This document shows, in pieces, positions 8,173 to 16,658 of a stretch of 25,189 bases of DNA. The position numbers and the translations under genes are program-made. The stretch lies in NCBI GenBank assembly GCA_019056785.1, contig DXJV01000102.1, forward strand, positions 1-25,189, read 5' to 3'. Positions within the stretch are counted from its first letter, which is position 1, and each line of letters begins with the position of its first letter. The notes below the pieces were generated by a model. The model searched no databases. It saw only the letters and a program-made list of their open reading frames with translations, and had not been told where the DNA came from. The DNA comes from Candidatus Heimdallarchaeota archaeon (GTDB taxonomy: Archaea; Asgardarchaeota; Heimdallarchaeia; JABLTI01).

Positions 8173-9696
8173 ATGGTAAAGAGCATTATAAAATCATATG
8201 TAACCCTTTTACTGATAGCAGCAGCTATTTTCCTCCCAAATAGCATCAGAGTGCAAGCCGGAGGAGATTTAAGCTTTTCTACTATTGAATCTTCTGCACC
8301 CTCTGTTCAATCTCTTAATTCCGTTGATATTACAGTTACAGTTCAAAATTCAACTGATCTCATTGAGAATGCAGATGTGGGGATTTATGTCGAAGGCGGC
8401 AATTTCACTTCAACAGGGACAAACATTTATAACGGTACCAGTGATAGTTTAGGCGTTGTTACTGTTGAATGGATAGCCCCCTTAGTGGATGTTTCAACTG
8501 TCTATAATTTCACCGCCACAATTAAGAAATTTGGCTTTACTAATGCAACCAAAGTCCTTGGTGTAACTGTTACTCCTCTCGACTTTTCAGGTTCAACCTT
8601 CGACGCAGACCCAACCAGCATTAACGAGAATGAAATGACCCTTGTTACTGTTGTTGCCCAAGGTAGCGGTGGGCCAATTGAAAATGCCCATGTGGAAATC
8701 ACCGGTGTTGGTGGCACCTTTAATGCTTCAAAAACAGACAAAGTAACTGGCAAAACAGACTCCTCTGGAGCCTTTGCTGATTATTGGATTGCTCCAGAAG
8801 TCACTGATCCAACAGATTATGTATTAGTAGTTGTAATCACTCGGTTCGGTACAAATGCAACCTTCACAGACGAATTAAATGTCACTGTTAATCCCGTAGA
8901 AGGGCAGATACTATTCAATCTCACCGTCACCCCTGGTTATGACATCAAAGTTGGTCAATTAGTTACGATTGAATTAACGGCGTTCGACAATGTGACTTTG
9001 CAACCAATACAAGATGTTATTGTAAGCTTTAGTGCTTGGGATGGCAATTTCACTGAAAACGGCTTGGACTTTTATGAAGGAGTTACAGACAGCAATGGTA
9101 AAATTACTGTCCACTGGAACACTTCAACTTTGACGCCCAATTTTGTTGGGGGAACGGATTATCCAATGGAAATCCGCTTGCGAAAAATTGGCTTAATAAC
9201 AAATATTACAACTGTTATTTTCCATGCTGAATACTATGCTGGTGTTTTCGGAATGACCGTCGAAAGCTCAGAAACAACCATCACTTTAGGAGACTCTGTA
9301 ACTATCACAGTGACTGTAGCTGTGGATGGTATTGCCGTTGAAGGTGCGCATGTTGAAATTGTTGCGCCCTCGGGCAAATTCACAGAGTCAGATGATGCTA
9401 TTGTTACAGGATTCACCGACGAAGACGGAATTTTCACAGCCACATGGGATACTACAGGTATGAGCATAGTCGGCGGAGATCCGGTAAACTATACTTTGAC
9501 AATTACTGTCGACATCTTTCCGAACTTCCTCGATAAACAAGAAACCTACACTATTACTGTTAATCCCCCAAATTATACGCCTCCTAATGGCGATGGGACA
9601 GAACAACCATTCTATACTCAATGGTGGTTTATTCTCTCAGTTGCTGGTGGAATAGTTGTTATAGGTATGATTGTAATTTTTGCCAGAAAGAAATAA
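8173..9696 (+). CDS. Cell-surface protein: Sec signal, four Ig-like (Big_1 / invasin-type) domains, C-terminal TM anchor
   Basis: Four ~105-aa units sharing I.NA.V.I...GG.F...G.TD..G......W; Pro-rich linker; FILSVAGGIVVIGMIVIFA-RKK anchor; many sequons. Confidence 0.8.
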   Translation: MVKSIIKSYVTLLLIAAAIFLPNSIRVQAGGDLSFSTIESSAPSVQSLNSVDITVTVQNSTDLIENADVGIYVEGGNFTSTGTNIYNGTSDSLGVVTVEWIAPLVDVSTVYNFTATIKKFGFTNATKVLGVTVTPLDFSGSTFDADPTSINENEMTLVTVVAQGSGGPIENAHVEITGVGGTFNASKTDKVTGKTDSSGAFADYWIAPEVTDPTDYVLVVVITRFGTNATFTDELNVTVNPVEGQILFNLTVTPGYDIKVGQLVTIELTAFDNVTLQPIQDVIVSFSAWDGNFTENGLDFYEGVTDSNGKITVHWNTSTLTPNFVGGTDYPMEIRLRKIGLITNITTVIFHAEYYAGVFGMTVESSETTITLGDSVTITVTVAVDGIAVEGAHVEIVAPSGKFTESDDAIVTGFTDEDGIFTATWDTTGMSIVGGDPVNYTLTITVDIFPNFLDKQETYTITVNPPNYTPPNGDGTEQPFYTQWWFILSVAGGIVVIGMIVIFARKK

Positions 9697-9747
9697 ATAA
9701 GGTTGAAACGGGCTTTCAAAGCTCCTTTCCTTTTTCTTTTTCTCTTA

Positions 9748-10359
9748 TTATTTCAAGTGATGAGTGTCATTTGTTTTTATGATCTGGAATTTCCCGTTCT
9801 TTTCTAATGTTATTTCAGAAATGGAACCGTTATCAAATTGAAAGTCCCAGAAGTGCCGCAAATCCAACCCTAAAAGATAGAGCATTATGATGTTTATAAC
9901 CACACGGTGGGTAACAATTGCTATGGGGGAGGACTCTTTTTGCCGCAACTGTTTGAAGAAGGCATCTATTCGCTCAAAAACTCTATAAAATGACTCGCCG
10001 TTTGGAAAGATAAGCTCTTCTGGATGGTTGTTCCACTGCTCTTCTAATTCAGGGTTTTGTTCGAAGATTTCACTGTGCTTTTTCCCTTGCCAATCACCAA
10101 AATGTATATCAATTAAAAGTGGTTCTTCGAGGAAACGACAAGTTTCTTCTTGATATGCTTTGATTTTCTCAGCTGTTTGTAAACATCGTTTTAAGGGGCT
10201 GCAATAAATTGCAGTTAAATGCTCTTTTTCTAAGGCGCCGCCAGCCAATTCTGCCTGACGCGTCCCCTCTTCTGACAGGGAAATATCTAATTGCCCTCTG
10301 AAACGTTTTTCCTTTATATTCCAGGCTGTTTCGCCATGTCTGATTAGATAAATTCTCAT
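9748..10359 (-). CDS. Histidine phosphatase superfamily protein (PGM / CobC / PspA-like)
   Basis: IYLIRHGET, SPLKRCLQTA, DIHFGDWQG, PNGES, IVTH. ATG at 10359 is preferred over the upstream TTG because it places RHG at the usual N-terminal position. Confidence 0.9.
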   Translation of the reverse strand: MRIYLIRHGETAWNIKEKRFRGQLDISLSEEGTRQAELAGGALEKEHLTAIYCSPLKRCLQTAEKIKAYQEETCRFLEEPLLIDIHFGDWQGKKHSEIFEQNPELEEQWNNHPEELIFPNGESFYRVFERIDAFFKQLRQKESSPIAIVTHRVVINIIMLYLLGLDLRHFWDFQFDNGSISEITLEKNGKFQIIKTNDTHHLK

Positions 10360-10526
10360 GCAACTTAACCTCATCTTAGTCCACCCTTTAATTCTTTTTG
10401 AAATTACCTTTTGCATTGTAAAATTTGGATTTAAATTCAGAGTACCTCGTTATTTACTGCGATATATATAACTGAAAAGCAATAATACTGCAAAGATATT
10501 TTAGCTTATAAATTAAAGGTTACAGT

Positions 10527-11267
10527 ATGCCAGGGGTAGAAATTACCATTCCAGGAAATATCCACTATGCTACGTTCTATAACAGACCAAATCGTTTTTT
10601 AGTTAATCTTACGCTTGAGGGAACAAAGCATCTTGAACAAGCATATCTTCATGATCCTGGCAGAATGAAAGAATTGCTTCTCCCCCAAGTTAGATTACTC
10701 ATTCGACAACCTCAACCCAAGAACGGGACAAACAAGAGAAAAACTAAATGGGATATTTTGGCGGTCGAACACCAAAACAGGATCGTTGTCATCAATTCCC
10801 GGCTTCCAAATATAGTTGCAGCAAACATTTTAAAAAAGAAAAAACTGCCGGAATTGAAGGAGTACACTTTGGTTCGGCCGGAAATCTCTTATGGGAATAG
10901 CCGACTGGACTTCTATTTGAAGAAGGATACGAATGAATGTTATCTTGAGGTCAAAGGAGTAACATTAGTTGCAGAGAAGAAAGCGCTTTTTCCAGATGCA
11001 CCCACCACTCGAGGTGTGCGGCATTTAAAGGAATTAATGAAAATCCGGCAGGAAGGAAAGAAGGCAGTCGTACTGTTTCTCGTGATGCGTGAAGATCCAA
11101 GCACTTTTGGTCCCAACGAAACCACAGACCCAATCTTCACTCAGACCTTACTACAAGCTTATAAAAGTGGCGTAGAGATACTTGTTTATAAGGTAAAACC
11201 AATACTCCAAAATAAAAAACTTGTTTTGCAATTTGGAGAAAAAATCAATTGGAGTGGAACCATTTAA
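10527..11267 (+). CDS. sfsA: SfsA-family DNA/RNA nuclease (sugar fermentation stimulation protein)
   Basis: RPNRF, HDPGRMKELL, SRLDF, YLEVKGVTL, FPDAPTTRGVRHLKEL. Confidence 0.95.
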   Translation: MPGVEITIPGNIHYATFYNRPNRFLVNLTLEGTKHLEQAYLHDPGRMKELLLPQVRLLIRQPQPKNGTNKRKTKWDILAVEHQNRIVVINSRLPNIVAANILKKKKLPELKEYTLVRPEISYGNSRLDFYLKKDTNECYLEVKGVTLVAEKKALFPDAPTTRGVRHLKELMKIRQEGKKAVVLFLVMREDPSTFGPNETTDPIFTQTLLQAYKSGVEILVYKVKPILQNKKLVLQFGEKINWSGTI

Positions 11268-11575
11268 TGAGCCAGAACAACACACCTCCCTTTGAAATGG
11301 GCAAACTAGTGGGGAAAATTGTTGCCGACAAAAAGAACCGGAAACTTGGCAAGGTCTTTAAAATCGAAGAAATTAAAGATAAAAAGACAAACATCCCCAA
11401 ACCACATCTTCTTGTTCTAGTGAAAAAATTCCTCCGAACCGATATTATTGTTGTCGTTGATGCTAACAAAATTCTCAAAACAGATGATTTTCATGTTTGG
11501 CTCGACCTTTCCAAAGAAGATTTTGAGCGAGAGGTTCGAGAAACGAGAGCACTTATTTCTCTTATGAGAGGATGA
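11267..11575 (+). CDS. PRC-barrel-like small protein
   Basis: MGKLVGKIVADKKNRKLGKVFKIE fits the PRC pattern L.G..V.D..G..LG.V..I; ATG overlaps the sfsA stop (TAATG). Confidence 0.6.
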   Translation: MSQNNTPPFEMGKLVGKIVADKKNRKLGKVFKIEEIKDKKTNIPKPHLLVLVKKFLRTDIIVVVDANKILKTDDFHVWLDLSKEDFEREVRETRALISLMRG

Positions 11576-11674
11576 AATTTAGAGAAAAATCTCACTCAAA
11601 TGGCGTTTTAAAAAGGTAAATTTAAAAAACTAATTTTATATGTTGATTTTGGCATTCACAGGACTCAAGAGACA

Positions 11675-12808
11675 ATGACATTCTTATTCGAGTTTACCCC
11701 ATTAGTAATTATTATCGTTATCCTTGCATTTGTCTTTGAGCTATTAGATGCCTCCCTCGGCATAGGCTTTGGGACAGTACTTACTCCCATCCTTTTGGTC
11801 ATAGGTTTACCTGTGAGTAAAGTTGTTCCGTCCATTCTTTTGGCAGAACTACTGGCAGGCATTATTGCAATGATTTTTCACACTTTGTTGAAAAATGTGA
11901 AATTAGGTTCACGAAAGATTTTTCGTCGCAAAGGAAAAAGAAAACGAAGGGCAAGAAAAAAACCGACCAAAAGTTCAGATGCCAACCTTCCTGAAACAAG
12001 TAGCCTTAAAGAAGAAGCTAAGACTCTTGATTTGCTTGAAATAGAGGAACTCGAGGGAGAAGAGTTTATCATAGAAGACGAAGAAGAATTTATTCCCGCA
12101 GATGGAGAAGAATTGGAAGAGATCACCATAAAGAACAAATCAATTATTTTCAAATTGAAAAATCTCACAACAGATACAAAGGTAATTATTCTTTTATCGA
12201 TTGTGGGAATTTTAGCGACTATCATTGCTGCTATTCTAAATGTCCTTTTTGACTACAATGATTGGTTCAATTTTAGCGTTAAAATTTACATTGGAATCAT
12301 GGTCCTCTCCATGGGGGTTCTTGTCCTGGCTTTCCGGAATAAAGAAATGAAACTCCCGATGCGAAGGATTCTCGGGTTAGGTATTTTAGCAGGTTTTAAT
12401 AAAGGCATCTCTGGTGGCGGCTATCGCCCTATCACTGTTGCCGGTCAGCTGCTGTCGGGCAGAAAAAGCAGAAACGCCCTTGCTTCCACTACATTCTCTA
12501 AAACGGTTATTTGTTTTGTTGGTATTCTTGCCTATATTTTGACGCATATCATACAAAATTTGCATGCCGGCATACCCATTACTTGGGAGTATCTGGAATT
12601 AGCGCCATATTTAAGTCTTGGAACTATTGTGGCAGCTCCCATAGGAGCATTTATTACTAAAAGTGCCGACAGTAAAAAACTCAAAATGGCGATCGGCTGG
12701 GCAACCATTGTATTGGGTGTCTTTAGTATTATCAAGCTTTCATTACTCCGAGCCGGCATTTGGGATAAAATTCCCCCCTTTGTCGAAATTCTCGAGTCGT
12801 TTTCCTAA
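11675..12808 (+). CDS. TauE/SafE (TSUP) family transporter with a large charged insertion
   Basis: ELLDASLGIGFGTVLTP, LAGFNKGISGGGY.P, AAPIGA; multiple TM segments. Confidence 0.85.
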   Translation: MTFLFEFTPLVIIIVILAFVFELLDASLGIGFGTVLTPILLVIGLPVSKVVPSILLAELLAGIIAMIFHTLLKNVKLGSRKIFRRKGKRKRRARKKPTKSSDANLPETSSLKEEAKTLDLLEIEELEGEEFIIEDEEEFIPADGEELEEITIKNKSIIFKLKNLTTDTKVIILLSIVGILATIIAAILNVLFDYNDWFNFSVKIYIGIMVLSMGVLVLAFRNKEMKLPMRRILGLGILAGFNKGISGGGYRPITVAGQLLSGRKSRNALASTTFSKTVICFVGILAYILTHIIQNLHAGIPITWEYLELAPYLSLGTIVAAPIGAFITKSADSKKLKMAIGWATIVLGVFSIIKLSLLRAGIWDKIPPFVEILESFS

Positions 12809-13353
12809 GAGTTTGTTTTCATCACATGTAAAAACGCTTGAAAGCTCTCCGTAACTTGACCGATATAACGCTCATCAAATACAGCAATTTCTCTAAAGAC
12901 GTTATTAAGCAATTTTGGAGCAATGTTTTGTAATAATCGAACAATTATGGCTCTTCTTATCTCCTCATCCTGCTGGAAAACAGATGCAAGCAACAATTGA
13001 ATTTGAGCATCTTCCAAATAGAGGGTATTAAAAATTGACTCATCGCTTCTGATAAAAGATGCAAAAGTTTTGAATAAGGGAGTATTAATACCAACCGTTC
13101 CAATAAAGAGCTGTTCCCGCGTTTTCTTTGATGGAAGGGGCAGCTCTTTTATTGTATGAAAAGCTCCCAATGAAACAACATACCCAATGATTGCATCGAG
13201 TAAATTGAAGATCACTCGTGGACTGGGAAGAATCGCAGCACGTGCAGCTGCTTTTACTGCTCGTTTAATTTCCACCTGCCTTTTTTTATAAAGCGAAAGA
13301 TATTCTTTAAGAATATTTATGATATGTGTTTTTTCATCAATAATTTTGGACAT
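12805..13353 (-). CDS. Hypothetical helical protein (182 aa)
   Basis: Long ORF filling the gap; ATG at 13353 preceded by AAGGA; stop overlaps the tauE stop; no motif recognised. Confidence 0.6.
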   Translation of the reverse strand: MSKIIDEKTHIINILKEYLSLYKKRQVEIKRAVKAAARAAILPSPRVIFNLLDAIIGYVVSLGAFHTIKELPLPSKKTREQLFIGTVGINTPLFKTFASFIRSDESIFNTLYLEDAQIQLLLASVFQQDEEIRRAIIVRLLQNIAPKLLNNVFREIAVFDERYIGQVTESFQAFLHVMKTNS

Positions 13354-13522
13354 ATTCCTTTTACCCAATATTGTAAACCCAAGTGATAAGGGCTCTTTCT
13401 TCTTTAAAAAACTCTGACAAAACTGTAAAATCAATCCAAAACCTTCGAAAGTAAAAATTCAAATTATTTATTTAGGAAGAGAACAAAGTATTCTTGAAAA
13501 AACGGCAAAATGGTGAAAAATT

Positions 13523-13840
13523 TTGGACCATGAAAGAACCTTCACGATGTCGGAAATAATTGGCAAAAAAGCTTTTTCTGCAGATAATATCCCTCTTGGA
13601 AAGATCACTAAAATTATTGACCAATCTGATAGGGAGCAAGACGATCCAAATAAGCTCTGTGACATCGAAAAGGACCTTTTTCAAGTTGTAGTTGAATTGA
13701 CCCCGGATATTTTCCCAGAACTCTCTGAGCCAACGGAAATTCTCTTTTCAAGTCAAACGCTTTCTAAGGTTGTTGAAGATGGCATTCAGTTAAAATTACA
13801 GAAAGAAACAATTAGTGCTACACTTAAACGCTCGTTATAA
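13523..13840 (+). CDS. PRC-barrel-like small protein
   Basis: FTMSEIIGKKAFSADNIPLGKITKII fits the PRC N-terminal pattern. Confidence 0.55.
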   Translation: MDHERTFTMSEIIGKKAFSADNIPLGKITKIIDQSDREQDDPNKLCDIEKDLFQVVVELTPDIFPELSEPTEILFSSQTLSKVVEDGIQLKLQKETISATLKRSL

Positions 13841-13891
13841 TTGCTACTGTTAAGACACACTTTTTATTAGTCAATACTGTTCCCGATGCTG

Positions 13892-15199
13892 CTAAACCAT
13901 TTTGTTAGGGCCAAGCAGTTCATCTAGATCCCCAAGAATATTCATAGCTAATTCTTGAATGACCTCCCGAATGCTTTTATTGGCTTCATATGCTTTCTTA
14001 GTAATTTCCCCGGCTTTATCATAACCAATAATCGGTGTTAATCTGGTAACAATCATCAGCATTTGCTCGAGATCTTTTTCTATTTTCTCTTTATTTACTT
14101 TAAGGGCCTTTAAGCAATAATGATTAAATGACTAGGTGCCATTTGCTAGCAATGTTATTGACTCAAGTAAATTAACAATCATTACGGGCTTGGCTAAATT
14201 CAGGTCAAGGATACTGCTGGTGCTTTCAGCCAAAGTAATGGCAAGATCGTTACCAATGACTTATTGGCACGCTTGCATTAAAGCTTCTGCTTGAATCGGA
14301 TTGATCTTTCCAGGCATTATTGATGACCCGGGTTCGTTTTGTGGGAGGAGAAGTTCTCCCAGCCTGGCTCTGGGGCCACTACCTATTAATCATATGTTAT
14401 TTGTCATTTTGAGCAAAGTAAGGGCAAGCAATTTCAAGACGCTGCTCAAATAAGCAAGTGAATTGTGTGAAGCTATTCCTTCTGCTTTCACAGAGTTAGT
14501 CTTAAAGGGGAAACCAGTTAACTCTCGAAGATTAGCGAGTGCATAGTCTGTGTATTGAGAGGAAGCATTTAAACCAGTTCCGAAAATCGTCCCGCCAAGC
14601 AGCAATAAATAAAGCTCTTGCAAAACGCTCTCAAGTCTTTGTTTTGTTTTCATTAATTGTTCTTTATAGACTGCAAACTCCATTTCCAGAGGGATTGGCA
14701 CAGCATCTTGTAAATGTGTTCAACCAACTTTAATGACCTCTTTGAATTCAGTGATTTTTTTATAAGTTTGTTCCATCAGAGTTATTACCGGAAGAAGTTG
14801 TTTGGTAATTTGTGAGATACAAGCAAGATGCATTGCTGTTGGAATCACATCATTGCTCGATTAGCCAACACCTCATTCATATTCATATTTATCTGTGTAC
14901 CGGACCGCGTTTGAAAAACATCAATAGGGAATTGCTCTAGAAACCTTCCCTTAAGGAGAATCTCATCTAAAACTTGGTTGATCGCTTTTGTTTTTGTGGG
15001 GGATCAATTGCAGTTTTTCATTGGCTTGTAAACAAGATTTCTTCACCGTTGCAAGTGCAAATAAAAACTCTCATGGGAAGGTTTTACCACTAATTTTGAA
15101 AAGTTCCAGTGTCCGCTGCGTATTTATTCCCCAGTAAACATTCTCCGGAATAAGCATTTCTCCAAGAAGGTCTTTTTCTTTTCGCATTTTCTGTGTCAT
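13892..15199 (-). pseudogene. fumC: Class II fumarate hydratase pseudogene (FumC/AspA family)
   Basis: Manual translation: MTQKMRKEKDLLGEM...YWGINTQR...[24 protein letters not shown] / [11 protein letters not shown]...G*THLQDA...[13 protein letters not shown]...IGYDKA. Stops at 15071, 14720, 14390, 14261 and 14132; frameshift near 14985-15003; deletion at 14852-14862. Confidence 0.92.
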
Positions 15200-15784
15200 T
15201 GTTTTTTCTTCTCGATTTTCCAGACACTATCAATTGTGGTGCCTGGCTGAACACCCTTAGGGCAAACAGCATTACAAGCGAAGACCTTTTCGCAAGCTGG
15301 AACGCCATCTTCCTTCAACACACGTTCATAAATCGCTTGTCGGTGCTTTTCCTTCGAATTCAGTGTCAATGAATGGTTGAATTTCACGATAAAAGCGCCA
15401 GAATGGCTCCCTATCGACAACAAGGTCTTTTAGCACAACCATATTTGGTAATGGCTCAATTAGAATCTCTGTTTCTGGGTCCCAATCAGTTATCTCACCG
15501 AAAACCAACTCTGGAACGCGGGGATGTGTTTTAACGGTTATTGGTTCAACTTGTGTTTTGCACGCTAATTGTGGGAATTTATTGATTGTCAATCCACAAG
15601 AGCCACAAATAGCACCACGGCAAGAATATCTGAAAGCAAGCAATGAATCATAATAATCCTGAATATAGAATAAGGCTTCTAAAATCGTAATTCCAGGTTT
15701 CAAGGGAACTTTGTATCGTTCATAATGGCGTTCGGAATCAGTCTCTTCTTTTCGAAAAATTACAAAGGTTTTCTCTTTGATCAT
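15196..15784 (-). pseudogene. sdhB: Succinate dehydrogenase / fumarate reductase Fe-S subunit pseudogene
   Basis: 2Fe-2S motif SCRGAICGSC...LAC and PLP....KDLVVD are intact. The C-terminal CEKVFACNAVCPKG is in another frame. The intervening CxxCxxCxxxCP motif is absent, implying an internal deletion near 15340-15375. Confidence 0.9.
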
Positions 15785-16576
15785 TTAATATGCACGCTCC
15801 TTAACTTCAAATACCCCAAGGATTACAGGTTTGGTTTTCATCTTAAGGCCATCTTTTGTTCGCCGGACCAAAGAATGAACCAAAAAACGTTCATCATTTT
15901 TTGTGGGATAATCAGTCCGAAAATGCGCGCCCCGACTTTCTTTCCGCCAGAGAGCAGCAAAAGCTGTCACCTCAGCAATGTTAACCATATTTCGTAACTC
16001 GAGTGCTCGAATAAGTCCGAAGTTAAATTTCCGGTTGGAAGTATCAATATGCATTGCTTTGAAATCCTTTTGCACCCGTTGTAGAATCCTCTAATGCTTG
16101 CTTTAGATGCGCTTCGTCTCGAAAAACGCCGACATTTTGATCTATCGTGTTTTTCATTGCTGTGCGAATTTCTCCAGGGGCTTTTCCCCGTTTTCTTGCC
16201 ACGTATGAAACAAATTCGTAACGTTTTTTAGTGTTCTTTCTTTTGCTTCCTTTACTTCGTTATTTTGAGTGAGTTTTTAAATTCCACGTTTATTTATTAA
16301 TCTCCCTACATAACGCCCAAAGACAACCGTTTCAAGAAGGGAATTTCCCCCAAGGCGGTTTGCTCCATGAACAGATATACAAGATGTTTCACCAATGGCA
16401 CACAACCCTTCTATTGGTGTTTCACCAAACTCCCCCAGGAATTTCGATGCAATGCCACCCATTGAATAGTGCTGTCTTGATTGAACCGGAATTGGTGTTT
16501 CAATAGGATCAACTCCTGCGAAATACATTGCTATTTCACGAATGCCCGGCAACCGCTCGAGAATCCGTCCCAACAC
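15785..16576 (-). pseudogene. sdhA: 5'-truncated succinate dehydrogenase / fumarate reductase flavoprotein pseudogene
   Basis: [55 protein letters not shown] at 16277; frameshifts near 16175 and 16088; the N-terminal FAD-binding half is missing. Confidence 0.92.
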
Positions 16577-16610
16577 TCTTCATAGGCAAAAAAAGATTGG
16601 AAGGATGAAT

Positions 16611-16650
16611 AAAAGAGGAAGGATTCACAACCGCAGTGCGGGACTTCCTC
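16611..16650 (-). terminator. Hairpin plus T-tract downstream of fba
   Basis: GAGGAAG (16615-16621) / CTTCCTC (16644-16650) stem enclosing the CCGCA-G-TGCGG palindrome; TTTT and further pyrimidine tracts follow on the - strand. Confidence 0.5.
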
Positions 16651-16658
16651 AAATAAAT

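Noticed and set aside
14390-14701. ORF-track entries 14390-14701, 15090-15308, 15196-15423, 15326-15784, 15785-16075 and 16277-16576 as independent genes
   Set aside because: They are fragments or off-frame shadows of the fumC, sdhB and sdhA pseudogenes
13892-15199. Stop-codon reassignment or selenocysteine readthrough of the in-frame TGA codons in fumC
   Set aside because: TAA and TAG stops, a frameshift and a deletion also break the gene; the TGAs fall at Arg rather than Cys positions; TGA ends an intact gene at 11575
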